The notes under the pieces were generated by a model. It searched no databases, was not told where the DNA came from, and was given only the letters and a program-made list of their open reading frames with translations. A stretch of 64,000 bases of DNA from Elusimicrobiota bacterium. GTDB taxonomy: Bacteria > Elusimicrobiota > Elusimicrobia > F11. The stretch's first letter is position 1. Each line of letters begins with the position of its first letter. The stretch covers positions 4,729-68,728 of the forward strand of contig JAJVIP010000001.1 of the NCBI GenBank assembly GCA_022072025.1, given 5' to 3'. Positions 53,819 to 64,000 of this stretch are shown piece after piece. The position numbers and the translations under genes were made by a program.

Positions 53819-55020
53819 TTCTTTAATATATGTCCCATTTTTTTTCGTTTGGTCTCGAGATATCGGGCATTTAGCGGATTGGAAGGAATCACCAATGGAA
53901 TCCTTTTGGTGATTTTTAGCCCATATCCATCAAGTCCCACGATCTTTCGGGGGTTGTTCGTTATCAAATGGATGGAGGTCAACCCCATATCTGAAAGGAT
54001 TTGAGCTCCAATACCATAATCTCGAAGGTCAGCGGCAAATCCGAGTTTTAGATTGGCTTGGACGGTATCAAGGCCTTTATCCTGCAAAATATAGGCGTGT
54101 AATTTGTTCATGAGGCCGATACCACGTCCTTCTTGGTGCATGTAAAGAACGACGCCCTCCCCTTTTTTAGAAATCATTTCGATGGCGGATTGGAGTTGTT
54201 CTCCGCAATCACACCTGAGGGAGTGAAGAACATCTCCTGTAAAGCACGAAGAATGGACCCGAACCAATACATTTTTGCTGTTGGCCACGTCGCCTCTGAC
54301 CAGGGCCACGTGATGTTCCTGGAGAACCGAATCTTCATAGAGTTGGAGATCAAATTCGCCAAATTTGGTGGGCAATTTCGCCGTCACCAGACGTTTGACC
54401 AATTTTTCATGATGGCTTCGGTATGAAATCAAATCGCGGATGGTGATGAGGGCCAATTTATGTTTTTGCGCGATTTTTTGAAGGGCGGGCAACCTTGCCA
54501 TCGAGCCGTTGGGGCTCATGATTTCACAAATGACGGCGGCTGGGGCCAGGCCTGCCATGCGGGCCAGGTCCACTCCGGCTTCCGTGTGGCCAGTGCGAAC
54601 CAGCACTCCGCCTTCTTTGGCGCGGAGAGGAAACACATGACCCGGCTTGGCGAGATCATCGGGTTTTGTTTTGTTATCAATGAGGGCCAGAATCGTCTTC
54701 GCTCGGTCGGAGGCCGAGATGCCAGTGGAAGTGCCCTTTTTAACATCCACACTGACTGTGAAAGCGGCCTCGCGCAGCTCTGTGTTCACGTTCACCATGG
54801 GAGTCAATCCCAACTTGTCAAGGCGTGAACTCATCATGGGAACACAAATAAGACCGCGTCCATGTTGGGCCATGAAATTAATGGAAGCAGGTGTGACCTT
54901 CTCGGCCGCCATCACCAAATCTCCTTCATTTTCACGATCAGGGTCGTCAACCACGATAATCATTTTTCCCATTCGAATTTGTCGGATGGCTTCAGGGATA
55001 GAGGTGAATTGGGATTTCAT
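53815..55020 (-). CDS. ribBA: Bifunctional DHBP synthase / GTP cyclohydrolase II
   Basis: 401 aa with RENEGDL and HTEAGVDL (RibB half), plus the CDCG and EGRGIGL blocks (RibA half). Confidence 0.93.
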   Translation of the reverse strand: MKSQFTSIPEAIRQIRMGKMIIVVDDPDRENEGDLVMAAEKVTPASINFMAQHGRGLICVPMMSSRLDKLGLTPMVNVNTELREAAFTVSVDVKKGTSTGISASDRAKTILALIDNKTKPDDLAKPGHVFPLRAKEGGVLVRTGHTEAGVDLARMAGLAPAAVICEIMSPNGSMARLPALQKIAQKHKLALITIRDLISYRSHHEKLVKRLVTAKLPTKFGEFDLQLYEDSVLQEHHVALVRGDVANSKNVLVRVHSSCFTGDVLHSLRCDCGEQLQSAIEMISKKGEGVVLYMHQEGRGIGLMNKLHAYILQDKGLDTVQANLKLGFAADLRDYGIGAQILSDMGLTSIHLITNNPRKIVGLDGYGLKITKRIPLVIPSNPLNARYLETKRKKMGHILKK

Positions 55021-55601
55021 TTTCGTTGCATGTACTTTTGAACGTATTTGGCCATGATATCTGTTTCTAAGTTAACGCTCTGTCCTCTCTTTAACTCTCC
55101 CAGATTGGTGTTTTTCCACGTGTGGGGGATGAGCGCGATGGAAAAATTATTTTTCCCAACTTTAACCGCTGTTAAACTCACGCCGTCAATGGTCACGGAG
55201 CCTTTCGGGACAATATATTGAATGAGAGACTTTGGAATCTCAATCCACATTTCCCTCGAATGTCTTTGCAGCTGGATGCTTTTTATTTTCCCCACTCCAT
55301 CCACATGGCCTTGAACCCAGTGTCCGCCCAAGGGATCGTTGAGTGTCATGGCGGGTTCCATATTAACGGTCATTCCAGGTATCCATTTGGGAAGAGTGGT
55401 CTTTTCCAGTGTCTCTTCAGAAATTTCAAACGTCAAAAGAAGGGATTTTCCCAAAGATTTTTTATTCACAACTGTTAAACAGATACCGTTAACGGCCACA
55501 CTGTCTCCTAACTTTACATTTATAGAGGGCAACCGAATCACCAAGGTGTTCCGAATGAATTTTTCCACTTGTCCTTTATGTTGGATTATTCCCGTAAACA
55601 T
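55017..55601 (-). CDS. ribE: Riboflavin synthase alpha chain
   Basis: 194 aa with the N-terminus MFTGIIQHKG and duplicated GDSVAVNGICLT / GSVTIDGVSLT repeats. Confidence 0.92.
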   Translation of the reverse strand: MFTGIIQHKGQVEKFIRNTLVIRLPSINVKLGDSVAVNGICLTVVNKKSLGKSLLLTFEISEETLEKTTLPKWIPGMTVNMEPAMTLNDPLGGHWVQGHVDGVGKIKSIQLQRHSREMWIEIPKSLIQYIVPKGSVTIDGVSLTAVKVGKNNFSIALIPHTWKNTNLGELKRGQSVNLETDIMAKYVQKYMQRK

Positions 55602-56600
55602 TTAGGCCGCCTTGTTATAAGCATGGATCAGAATGTCGTCATTAATTCGAGAAACCGTTAAAGAGTGAAGTTTGAGCCCCTCATTAATTTTTTTGAATCC
55701 CTCTCCTTCCACGGGACTGGGGGCTGTGCGCCCTCCAATAATAAGTGGCGCCACGAAAAAATACAGTTCATCTACCAAGTTTTCTTTGATGAAAGACCAG
55801 GATGTTTCTCCCCCTCCCTCCACCATCAATTGAGAAACATGTTGTCGAGCAAGCGAGTTGAGTATGGTTTTGGCCGTCATTTTTTTCTTCCCTTGAGAGG
55901 TCACGACAAACCGTGTGGGATTTCTTCCAATCCCATGACTGGTGAGCCGGGGTTTGTCCATGAGGGCGGTTCGTTTGCCCACCAAGATGGCGTCGGATTG
56001 AGACCTCAGGGCGTGAACATAACGCCGAGAAGCGGTTGAAGTGATCCACTTGGAATCCCCTGTTTTGGTCGCAATTTTTCCATCCAAAGTCAGGGCCATT
56101 TTTAAGATCACGTAGGGGCGTTTTTTTGTCATCAAGGTCACAAAAGGACGGTTGAGATCTTGGGCGGCCTCCTCTTCAAGTCCCACGTGAACGGACACCC
56201 CCCCTTTTTTCATAGTTTGAATTCCTTTGCCAGAAACCAACGGATTGGGATCTTTCATGGCCACATAAATCTGATGGATTTGTGCCTTCAGAATTTCAGG
56301 AGCGCAAGGAGGGGTTTTTCCAAAATGCGTGCAGGGTTCCAGGGTCAGGTACATGGTGGCACCTTTGGCCTTGGACCCGGCTTGGGCCAAGGCAAGGATC
56401 TCAGCATGAGGTCCACCAAAACGTTGATGGTATCCTTCCCCAATTATCTTCCCCTTCTTAACAATCACGCACCCGACTTTTGGATTGGGGTTTACAAATC
56501 CTTGTCCTTTGGCGGCCAAATGGAGCGCTCGCCGCATAAATGAGTGGTGAATGGAGGGTGGGGAATTAGGCGTGTTTGAAGCTCGGATTGCGACGGACAA
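55602..56600 (-). CDS. ribD: Riboflavin biosynthesis deaminase/reductase
   Basis: 332 aa with HAE and PCxxxxxxxxC deaminase motifs, then the reductase half. The start is uncertain, because it overlaps the rpmB 3' end by 35 nt. Confidence 0.88.
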   Translation of the reverse strand: MSVAIRASNTPNSPPSIHHSFMRRALHLAAKGQGFVNPNPKVGCVIVKKGKIIGEGYHQRFGGPHAEILALAQAGSKAKGATMYLTLEPCTHFGKTPPCAPEILKAQIHQIYVAMKDPNPLVSGKGIQTMKKGGVSVHVGLEEEAAQDLNRPFVTLMTKKRPYVILKMALTLDGKIATKTGDSKWITSTASRRYVHALRSQSDAILVGKRTALMDKPRLTSHGIGRNPTRFVVTSQGKKKMTAKTILNSLARQHVSQLMVEGGGETSWSFIKENLVDELYFFVAPLIIGGRTAPSPVEGEGFKKINEGLKLHSLTVSRINDDILIHAYNKAA

Positions 56601-56820
56601 CGCGGGCCCGCATTTTATTCACGGATTTTAAGCCTTTTCGAGTCAATGTTTTCAAGGCGTTCGCTGTAAGACGAACAGTCATCCAACGATTTTCTTCCGG
56701 AACAAAGATGCGTTTTTTCTTTAAATTGGGTTCCCATCGGCGTTTGGTGTGTCGGTTTGAGTGGGAGACATTCATCCCCGTTTGAGGCCCCACTCCGGTC
56801 ATATCACAACGTTTGGACAT
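56566..56820 (-). CDS. rpmB: 50S ribosomal protein L28
   Basis: 84 aa. MSKRCDMTGVGPQTGMNVSHSNRHTKRRWEPNL is the canonical L28 N-terminus. An AAGGAG SD is present. Confidence 0.9.
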   Translation of the reverse strand: MSKRCDMTGVGPQTGMNVSHSNRHTKRRWEPNLKKKRIFVPEENRWMTVRLTANALKTLTRKGLKSVNKMRARVVRRNPSFKHA

Positions 56821-56862
56821 ATAAAAAAGACTCCTTAATAATTTTATCGAGGCGGAATGGTA

Positions 56863-57540
56863 TCAAATTTCGAGCGTGGGAGGCCCAAAGGTTTTCTCTC
56901 GGAGAACTCGGTAAACGAATAGCGGCAATTGAGCCATTCTTCTCCATCGCCAGGGCTCCAGCCAAAATCGGTAGAGCCATTCCAACCCTTGTTTTTGAAC
57001 CCATTTGGGCGCCCTTTTGAGGTTCCCAGACCAAATATCGAAAGTTCCCCCAATTCCAATATACAGGGCCTTGGGCAACAGATGTTTTCGAGAATAGATC
57101 CAAAGGTCCTGAAAAGGCATCCCCATTCCCACCAGAACAAGGCCTGCTTGGCTTTGTGTTATTTGGTGGATTATGCCCGCCTCTTCTTGTTGCGAAAAAA
57201 AACCATGGTGGAATCCGGAAACGCGCAGATTTGGAATATTTTCACTCAAATAGGTCATTGCTTTTTCAGCCAATCCCGGTTTCCCTCCCAAGAAATAAAC
57301 CCCCTTGTTCATTTGGGCCGCTATCTCGCAAAGTTGGAAGGCCATATCGATGCCCGCCAAGGGGTGAAAACTCTCCTTGGAGGGTAATCCCCTTATTTTA
57401 AGTGCCCAATGGGCCCCAGCTGATTCTGGATACACAAGAGAGGCCTCTTCACAAGCTTGTCTTAATTGAGGTTCCTTTTGGGTTTGAAGGAAGAGGAGCG
57501 CGTTGGCCGTGATAATTTGATGAAAATCTCCAGAGCTCAA
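56863..57540 (-). CDS. WecG/TagA/CpsF-family glycosyltransferase
   Basis: Family blocks are present (VYFLGGKPG, RVSGFHHGFF, GMGMPFQDLW, IGIGGTFD). The first canonical start is TTG at 57540, but conserved N-terminal residues continue upstream in frame (see findings). Confidence 0.8.
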   Translation of the reverse strand: MSSGDFHQIITANALLFLQTQKEPQLRQACEEASLVYPESAGAHWALKIRGLPSKESFHPLAGIDMAFQLCEIAAQMNKGVYFLGGKPGLAEKAMTYLSENIPNLRVSGFHHGFFSQQEEAGIIHQITQSQAGLVLVGMGMPFQDLWIYSRKHLLPKALYIGIGGTFDIWSGNLKRAPKWVQKQGLEWLYRFWLEPWRWRRMAQLPLFVYRVLREKTFGPPTLEI

Positions 57541-57614
57541 TAAACCTCGAAGTACCTCTCTTAAAGAGTTTTCATTAAGAATGTGAACTGAGATGCCTAA
57601 AATTTTTTGCGATT

Positions 57615-60600
57615 TCAGGCGTTTGCGGTCTCCACGGCTGGAATAGGGGGAGGCATGTTTTCTTTCTTTTGCAACCTTGCCGACAAAACCTTTGAAACCC
57701 CCAATTCTTCCATGGTGACTCCGTACAAGGTGTTGGCAGCTTCCATGGTTCGTTTGTTGTGGCTGATGAGCAGGAATTGGCTTTTCTCACTAAATTTCTT
57801 GATCATATCCGCATAACGGAGAACATTGGCTTCATCCAATGGGGCATCAACTTCGTCGAGAAGGGCTACGGGAGAAGGGCGCACTTGGAAAAAGGCAAAG
57901 AGAAGGGCTATCGCTGTCAGGGCTTTTTCGCCTCCCGAAAGCAGGGATATATGAAGCAATTTTTTTCCTGGAGGTTGGCAGAAAATATCGATTCCAGTGT
58001 TGAGGATATCGGATTCATCGGTGAATTTGATGTCCGCTTCCCCCCCTTGAAACAGTGTGGAATATAACGCCCGAAAGTTCTCGCGTACTTTGTCGAAGGT
58101 CTCTCTGAAATGTTCGCGTGTGGTGGCATTGATTTTTGTGATGACCTGTTTCAAATCTTCCCTGGCTTTGATGAGATCCCCTTGTTGGGTCGTCAGGAAC
58201 GAGTTCTTCTCCATCAATTCGGCATGTTCTTCTGGGGCGGCAAGATTTATGGGGCCCATATTGGCCACACGTTTCTTGAGTTTTTCCAAAGTCTCCGGAT
58301 CTGCCGCGACAGGAGAGGTGAATAGAGCCTTCGCGGATTCCAGTGACATTTCATATTGATCGTTCAATTTCTGCGTGAATGTTTCCACTCGATTCTTAAT
58401 TTGACTCTCTCGAATACGTTCATTTTGGATTAATTCCTGAACTTGTCCCAATTCAGACCTGATCTGAGAGAGCGTGAGTTCCAATGATTGAACTTGGGTT
58501 GATAATTGGGTTCGGTTGGATTGAATCAAAACCAATAAGTCTGACGCCTTTTCCCTTTCGGAAAGGGAAGACTGAATGAGTTTATCCGCCTCTTCTTGTT
58601 GATTTTTTGCTTCAGACATTTGATTTTTCATGTCATCAATGGATTGAAGATGCCGTTGACGTGTTTGTTCGACGTTGTTCATTTCCTGTCTGTTGTGGGT
58701 GATGACCGATTCCTGCCAATGAATTTTCTCTTGAAATGCTTTGAAGTTTCCTTCTTGATTGGCCAATTCGGCCGAAGCTTTGGCGTGAGATTGCTGAAGT
58801 TCGGTTAGCTCATGTTGAAGTTGATCGAGATGATTGTGGTTGTCCTGTTCCTCTTGTTGGATGGCGTTGAATTTCGACAGGTGTTCCTCATGGTTGGCTT
58901 GTGCTTTTGTTTTTTCAGCCATTATTCTTTCGGTATTCAAATCAACGGCGATAGATTCTTCTTCATAACTTTTTTTCTCATCTGAAATTCGTGCCAAGTC
59001 TTCTAAAGCCAATTCGAGCCGGATTCGAACTTCCTCCAATTCCTTTAGAACACTTTCGCGTTTCTGTGTTTGAAGAATGAGGTTATGATCTAATTCCACG
59101 AGATTTTCGTCCAAAGACTTCTTTTTGGATTCTTTTTCGGCAAGAGCTTTCTCCAGTTCAGGAAGGCGAAGTGAAATGTGACTCTGCCATTTTGATGGAT
59201 CAACTCCCCCATTGATCACGGCATGTCCATAAACGGAGGTTCCTTGAATCCAAAGGGAGGAACAGAGATGCATGAGGAGAGGGCGATATTTTTCTTCTGT
59301 TTGAATGCAACTGAGCAGAGTAGTTCCTCCGGGAAGTGATCCCACGAAACCTTGGGGAGGTTGCTCGGCCAGTTTATCCAAAATCCATATTCGAACTCTC
59401 CCTTTTTGTTGTTCTTGAAGAAGTTGAATGGCTTTTTGCGCATCCTCCGTTGATTCGGCTACCAAATCTCCCAAGTGTTCTCCAATGGTAGCCGCGACGA
59501 TGTCGCGGTTGATTTCATCAGTTTGGATTAATCGACCCAACGGGCCATAGATGCCTGTGAGTTGCGATGAAAGGACCGCCTGGGTTCCCGCTAGATAAGG
59601 ATCGAGATTTTGCTGATCTTGGATGGAGTGAATTTGCCCCTTAAGTTTGGCAATTTCTTCGGTTTGATGCAGCGTTTCAAGGCGAAGGGCGGTTTCAGAT
59701 TCTTCCAGGTTTTTAATTTCAGCGGACATTCCCTGTAATAATTCCGATTTTTGATTGAGTTGGCTTTTGAGTTCTTCTGTTTGATTTTCCCCAAAATTAA
59801 TTTTTTCTTGAATTTGTTCCAACTGGTTTTGAAGACGAGATTTTTCTTTTTCTGTGTTTTCAAGTTGAGAGGTTAAACGCGCCAAATCAGAGGAGTAGTT
59901 ACTCATTTGCTGCTGCAATTGTCCTCTTTCTTGCGTTCGTGAGAGAATCAATTCTCTGACCGATTTGGCTTCTTGTTTTTTTATTTCCAATTCATGGTGG
60001 GTTTTTTCAAAAACAGCTTTGGATTCCGAAAATCCTGATTCGATCGTCGATCCGGCCCTTTTAAGATCCTCAAGCGCCGCTATTAAATGGGAGGACTGCT
60101 CATTTAATTCTTTAATCCGTGTTTCTTCTCGAAGCAGATTCTCTTTGGTGTGGGATTCTTGGGTTTCGATGTCTTGTTGTCGTCGACGAGCATGATTCAA
60201 ACGTTCTTCACCAATTTTTATATTCGAGTCAATTTGATTGAGGGCTGAATTGGCTTTGAGGAGTTCTTCTTCAGATTGAGTCAATTGAAGACGCGATTCG
60301 GAAATTTGTGTGTCCAGTTGGTGAATTTGCGTGTTAAGTTCTTCATATTTCTTTTGATGAATGTCCAGCTCGCGCGCCATTTCAGAGAGTTCATTGTCGG
60401 AGTTGGAGAGTTGGAACAACCAATCGTTGACTTCCATGACTTTCAACTCTTCCCTCACGCGTTGATAGGTCTTCGCTTTGTTCACGGCATTTTCAAGTTT
60501 TCGAATTTGGTCGGTTGTCACTGCGATGATGTCTGCCAAACGAGAAAGATCAATTTCCACTTTATCCAACTTTCTTAGCGCTTCTTCTCGTCGAGCGCGG

Positions 60601-61109
60601 TATTTGGAAACTCCAGCCGCTTCTTCGAAAAGTTCTCGTCGTTCTTCCGGTTTGGCCTGCAGAATCCATTCCACCTTCCCTTGTTCAAGGGAAGAATAGC
60701 CGTCTTCCCCCATCCCTGTATCAAGAAAGAGTTCCCGAATGTCTCTCAATCGACACTGAGTTTTGTTGATGAAATATTCTGATTCACCGGAACGAAACAA
60801 TCGGCGGGTAATGGAAACATCGCTGAAATCAATGGGCAAGCGTTTGTCGCTGTTATCAAAGGTCAAAGTCACTTCAGCGAGGTTTTGAGGTGGGCGAGAA
60901 CCAGATCCATTAAAGACAACGTCCATCATGAGATTCGAACGTAATGATTTAGCGGACATTTCGCCCAAGCACCAACGAACAGCGTCAATAATATTAGATT
61001 TGCCGCAGCCATTCGGGCCTACAATTGCGGTGATACCTGGTTCAAATTCAAGATGAATGTTGTCTGCAAAGGATTTAAACCCAACAATATCAAGATGCTT
61101 TAGGTGCAT
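57615..61109 (-). CDS. smc: Chromosome segregation protein SMC
   Basis: 1164 aa with an N-terminal Walker A (GPNGCGKSN), long coiled coils around a hinge, a C-terminal signature ([10 protein letters not shown]) and Walker B ([10 protein letters not shown]). Confidence 0.95.
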   Translation of the reverse strand: MHLKHLDIVGFKSFADNIHLEFEPGITAIVGPNGCGKSNIIDAVRWCLGEMSAKSLRSNLMMDVVFNGSGSRPPQNLAEVTLTFDNSDKRLPIDFSDVSITRRLFRSGESEYFINKTQCRLRDIRELFLDTGMGEDGYSSLEQGKVEWILQAKPEERRELFEEAAGVSKYRARREEALRKLDKVEIDLSRLADIIAVTTDQIRKLENAVNKAKTYQRVREELKVMEVNDWLFQLSNSDNELSEMARELDIHQKKYEELNTQIHQLDTQISESRLQLTQSEEELLKANSALNQIDSNIKIGEERLNHARRRQQDIETQESHTKENLLREETRIKELNEQSSHLIAALEDLKRAGSTIESGFSESKAVFEKTHHELEIKKQEAKSVRELILSRTQERGQLQQQMSNYSSDLARLTSQLENTEKEKSRLQNQLEQIQEKINFGENQTEELKSQLNQKSELLQGMSAEIKNLEESETALRLETLHQTEEIAKLKGQIHSIQDQQNLDPYLAGTQAVLSSQLTGIYGPLGRLIQTDEINRDIVAATIGEHLGDLVAESTEDAQKAIQLLQEQQKGRVRIWILDKLAEQPPQGFVGSLPGGTTLLSCIQTEEKYRPLLMHLCSSLWIQGTSVYGHAVINGGVDPSKWQSHISLRLPELEKALAEKESKKKSLDENLVELDHNLILQTQKRESVLKELEEVRIRLELALEDLARISDEKKSYEEESIAVDLNTERIMAEKTKAQANHEEHLSKFNAIQQEEQDNHNHLDQLQHELTELQQSHAKASAELANQEGNFKAFQEKIHWQESVITHNRQEMNNVEQTRQRHLQSIDDMKNQMSEAKNQQEEADKLIQSSLSEREKASDLLVLIQSNRTQLSTQVQSLELTLSQIRSELGQVQELIQNERIRESQIKNRVETFTQKLNDQYEMSLESAKALFTSPVAADPETLEKLKKRVANMGPINLAAPEEHAELMEKNSFLTTQQGDLIKAREDLKQVITKINATTREHFRETFDKVRENFRALYSTLFQGGEADIKFTDESDILNTGIDIFCQPPGKKLLHISLLSGGEKALTAIALLFAFFQVRPSPVALLDEVDAPLDEANVLRYADMIKKFSEKSQFLLISHNKRTMEAANTLYGVTMEELGVSKVLSARLQKKENMPPPIPAVETANA

Positions 61110-61186
61110 GAGGTCGTCACTCCCTCTCGTCTATATTTTGTGGTGGTGCGCTTAATGCCTACAACCAGTAGTTGAAAATGCGGGGC

Positions 61187-61216
61187 ATTGTAACGGTTAT
61201 AATCTCAATTTGGCAA
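61187..61216 (-). promoter_or_regulatory. Putative sigma70-type promoter for smc
   Basis: The minus strand reads TTGCCA-18 nt-TACAAT, about 75 nt upstream of the smc ATG and just downstream of the terminator hairpin. This is a sequence match only. Confidence 0.35.
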
Positions 61217-61258
61217 GAAAAAAACCCTCTCCCTTTAAATAAGAGAGAGGGTTTTTTT
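61217..61258 (-). terminator. Rho-independent terminator after the etf-ferredoxin operon
   Basis: A 7-bp GC-rich stem (ccctctc/gagaggg) is flanked by an A-run on one side and a T-run on the other. On the minus strand the hairpin is followed by a T-run. Confidence 0.75.
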
Positions 61259-61273
61259 ATATCCAACAAGAAT

Positions 61274-61597
<324 letters not shown>

Positions 61598-61676
61598 TTA
61601 CAACCTCCTCGTTCACTCTAAATGAATTTAAAACACACTAACATTTTTAAGTATTTTTTTTGAATAAAATTTTTAC

Positions 61677-62711
61677 CTAAGAATGCGTCAGCTCTTTTTC
61701 GATTGCGGGAAGAATTTCCTTGAAATCTCCCTGAACTGAAAATGTGGCCAATTTCATCAAAGGGGCCTCGGGATCGGTGTTGATACACACAATGGTGTTG
61801 GATGAATTCATTCCGGCCAAATGTTGGATTTGTCCTGAAATACCCACTGCGATGTACAACTTGGGCCGAACCACTCGTCCAGTCAATCCTATTTGATGAC
61901 GATAAGGAATCCAACCGGCATCCACCGCGCGTCGACTGGCTCCAACGGCAGCTCCCATTTTTCTGGCTAAAGTTTCGATGGGTTTAAATCCATCGGCGCC
62001 CCCGACGCCGTATCCACCAGCGATGATGGTTTGAGCTCCCGAAATATCCACTTCTTGATTGGCTTCTGGTTCGAAACGAATATGTCTTTCGCGTTTCTTG
62101 AATTTTGATGGATCCACTGGCACATTGATGGTTTCACCTTTTCTGCCCTTTTCAGCTGTTCCTGGAGGGAAGGCCATGGGGCGGACCGTTACCATTTCAG
62201 GGCGATGTCCTCGTATGCAAAGAATAGTGGCCATGAGCGTCCCTCCAAAGGAGGGGCGAATCGCGTTTAAAACGCCGCCCTTCTCTTTATTGATACTCAA
62301 CTCTGTGGCATCAGCGGTAATCCCTGTGTTGGCTTGCACTGCTACGCGGCTTCCAAACGAACGCCCCGTAATGGAGGCCGGCATAAGAAGTTTGTTTGGT
62401 TTTTCTTTGAGCATCAATTCAACCAGAAGATCGGCATATGTTTCATCGACAAATTGCTCAAGGGAATCATGTTCGATAACGTAAACTTTGTCGGCTCCGT
62501 ATTCATGTAGAGTGGGGGCGTGTTGTGATACGTTTTTTCCGATGATGACCGCGCACAATTTTTCATTGAGGTCTTTCGCCAAGGTTTTTCCGATGTTGAG
62601 AAGCTCGGAGGCCGTGGGCATCAACTTTCCATGGCGGACTTCCGCGAATATCCAAACATCTTTATGATTTTGAGGTTCAATGGGTATGGCAAGTATGGAT
62701 TGTTCTGACAT
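61677..62711 (-). CDS. etfA: Electron transfer flavoprotein alpha subunit
   Basis: 344 aa with the alpha-FAD signature PKLYIAVGISGQIQHLAGM. Confidence 0.92.
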   Translation of the reverse strand: MSEQSILAIPIEPQNHKDVWIFAEVRHGKLMPTASELLNIGKTLAKDLNEKLCAVIIGKNVSQHAPTLHEYGADKVYVIEHDSLEQFVDETYADLLVELMLKEKPNKLLMPASITGRSFGSRVAVQANTGITADATELSINKEKGGVLNAIRPSFGGTLMATILCIRGHRPEMVTVRPMAFPPGTAEKGRKGETINVPVDPSKFKKRERHIRFEPEANQEVDISGAQTIIAGGYGVGGADGFKPIETLARKMGAAVGASRRAVDAGWIPYRHQIGLTGRVVRPKLYIAVGISGQIQHLAGMNSSNTIVCINTDPEAPLMKLATFSVQGDFKEILPAIEKELTHS

Positions 62712-62723
62712 GTTGTTTCCTAT

Positions 62724-63548
62724 TTATATCAAGTGAAGTTCTTTGAGTTTTGAGACCAAATTTTTGGCTTTTTCTTCTGCGGTAGATCCTTGAATGGACA
62801 CTCCTCCCGTTTTCATGGGAGGACGAAAGCTTTTGGCAACAATGGTCGGTGAACCTTTGAGCCCCACATAAGCCATATCGGCGCCAATCGCAGCGGCGTC
62901 CCATTTGGGAACTTCAGCTTTCTTCGCGTTCATTTTTCCTTTGAGAGAAGGAACGCGGGGTTCGTTAATTTCCTTAACCACAGCGATGACCGCAGGCAAA
63001 TCCATTTCAAGGACATCGGTTCCATCTTCCATCATGCGATGAACAACAATTGTTCCGCCTTGTCCGGTGCCTTTGGATTTGATGTCTTCAACTTTTTTCA
63101 CATAAGCCACATTGGGCCAGTCAAACCAAGCGGCCAAACCAGGACCGATATGTCCAGTGTCCCCATCGTTGGTTTGTTTTCCACAAATGATCAGGTCAAC
63201 AGGTTTAAATTCTTTATGAATTTTTTGGATCCCTTTATACAGACTATAAGATGTGGCCCAGGTGTCGGCTCCCGCAAATTCACGGCCGCAAATGTGGAAT
63301 CCTTGATCGGCTCCTTTGGCAATCGCATCGCGGATGGCCTGTTCAGCCTGGGGAGGCCCCATGGTGATACAGGTGACGGTTGAATCTCCCCCGACACGTT
63401 CTTTTAATCGAACCGCTTCTTCAATTCCATATTCATCGAAAGGGTTGATGGCAGCGGCCATTCCTTCTCGTTTTAGCGTTCCTGTAACGGGATCGATTTG
63501 AACATTGTCAGTGGAGGGTGTTTGTTTGATGCAAGTGACGATATGCAT
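62724..63548 (-). CDS. etfB: Electron transfer flavoprotein beta subunit
   Basis: 274 aa with the N-terminus MHIVTCIKQTPSTDN and the block GKQTNDGDTGHIGPGLA. Confidence 0.92.
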   Translation of the reverse strand: MHIVTCIKQTPSTDNVQIDPVTGTLKREGMAAAINPFDEYGIEEAVRLKERVGGDSTVTCITMGPPQAEQAIRDAIAKGADQGFHICGREFAGADTWATSYSLYKGIQKIHKEFKPVDLIICGKQTNDGDTGHIGPGLAAWFDWPNVAYVKKVEDIKSKGTGQGGTIVVHRMMEDGTDVLEMDLPAVIAVVKEINEPRVPSLKGKMNAKKAEVPKWDAAAIGADMAYVGLKGSPTIVAKSFRPPMKTGGVSIQGSTAEEKAKNLVSKLKELHLI

Positions 63549-63568
63549 GTAAGTTGGTCCTTTATCCT

Positions 63569-64000
63569 TTATTCTTTTGCTCCAGCCAATTCCTTGGTGA
63601 TGGTCATGCCAATTTCATTTCGTTGGATTTGGTTGGTGCCTTCGTAGATTTGTGTGATTTTTGCGTCGCGCATATATTTCTCTATTGGGAAGTCTCTCAT
63701 ATATCCGATCCCGCCAGCCAATTGAACAGCGTCAGTGGTTACGTCCATCGCCATATCAGAGCAGAACAATTTGACCATTCCCGATTCTTTGGTCCAACGT
63801 TTTTTGGAAAGGCGTTTCATTTCTTCTGCTACGGTTTTCCCGGATTTTTCAGAAGCATCGATGGCTTCTACAAATGTTTTGTCCATGCCACGGGTTACAC
63901 TGTAGAGAAGAGCTCGTCCGGCTTCGATCTGAGTCGCCATATCAGCAATCATATGTTGGCTTGATTGGAAGGAAAGAATATTTTGACCGAATTGTTTTCG
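63569..64000 (-). CDS. Acyl-CoA dehydrogenase, C-terminal part (5' end outside the window)
   Basis: The frame is open to the window end (RKQFGQNILSFQSSQHMIADM...). It has the C-terminal ACAD blocks DAVQLAGGIGYMRDFPIEKYMRDAKITQIYEGTNQIQ. Confidence 0.9.
   Translation of the reverse strand, partial: RKQFGQNILSFQSSQHMIADMATQIEAGRALLYSVTRGMDKTFVEAIDASEKSGKTVAEEMKRLSKKRWTKESGMVKLFCSDMAMDVTTDAVQLAGGIGYMRDFPIEKYMRDAKITQIYEGTNQIQRNEIGMTITKELAGAKE

Noticed and set aside
56537-56862. Expected an FMN riboswitch upstream of the ribD-ribE-ribBA-ribH operon.
   Set aside because: The ribD start overlaps or abuts the rpmB 3' end, and only ~40 nt separate rpmB from the upstream gene. There is no room for the ~140-nt FMN aptamer, and none of its conserved segments were seen.

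Overview
This is a dense, mostly minus-strand, core-chromosome-like segment of a diderm bacterium. I cannot name the lineage from sequence alone. It shows Shine-Dalgarno usage, many ATGA/GTGA-type coupled gene junctions and moderate-to-low GC. I found no integrase, transposase, CRISPR array or recognisable defence genes.

Recognisable content, from left to right:
- A futalosine-pathway menaquinone cluster: a UbiD-like decarboxylase, mqnE, mqnA, mqnC and a coupled [2Fe-2S] ferredoxin.
- ispH.
- A block of uncharacterised envelope proteins.
- A complete Bat/MoxR 'aerotolerance' operon: MoxR, DUF58, a BatD-like/DUF4381 protein, BatA, a BatB-C fusion, BatD and BatE.
- A DEAD-box helicase, an mqnD-like gene, pepA, a dksA-like gene and a PLP-dependent basic-amino-acid decarboxylase.
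- A TonB-dependent receptor preceded by two unusual Pro-rich membrane proteins.
- tRNA-Gly(CCC).
- A long operon holding a HAD hydrolase, a deaminase, cca, an acyl-CoA ligase, a five-gene peptide ABC transporter, an M16 peptidase pair, an Lrp-RAM mini-protein and a YjeF_N protein.
- asnB, a kinase-dCMP deaminase fusion and tRNA-Arg(CCG).
- alaS, purH, ligA, nusB, ribH-ribBA-ribE-ribD, rpmB, a wecG/tagA-like gene and smc.
- An acd-etfB-etfA-ferredoxin module.

Most worth a second look:
1. A signal-peptide-bearing, motif-degenerate Memo-like + AMMECR1-like fusion is ATGA-coupled between the two permease genes of the peptide ABC transporter.
2. A TonB-architecture protein with a CBM48-like C-terminal domain, plus a poly-Pro coiled-coil partner, are coupled to the TonB-dependent receptor.
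3. A Sulfolobus-type 7Fe ferredoxin that appears to lack most zinc ligands is attached to a bcd/etfBA-like, possibly electron-bifurcating, module.
4. A small family of roughly 34-nt hairpin repeats shows a compensatory stem change, and one copy supplies the start codon of a lipoprotein.

All functional calls rest on motif recognition by eye and on gene context. No database search was possible.
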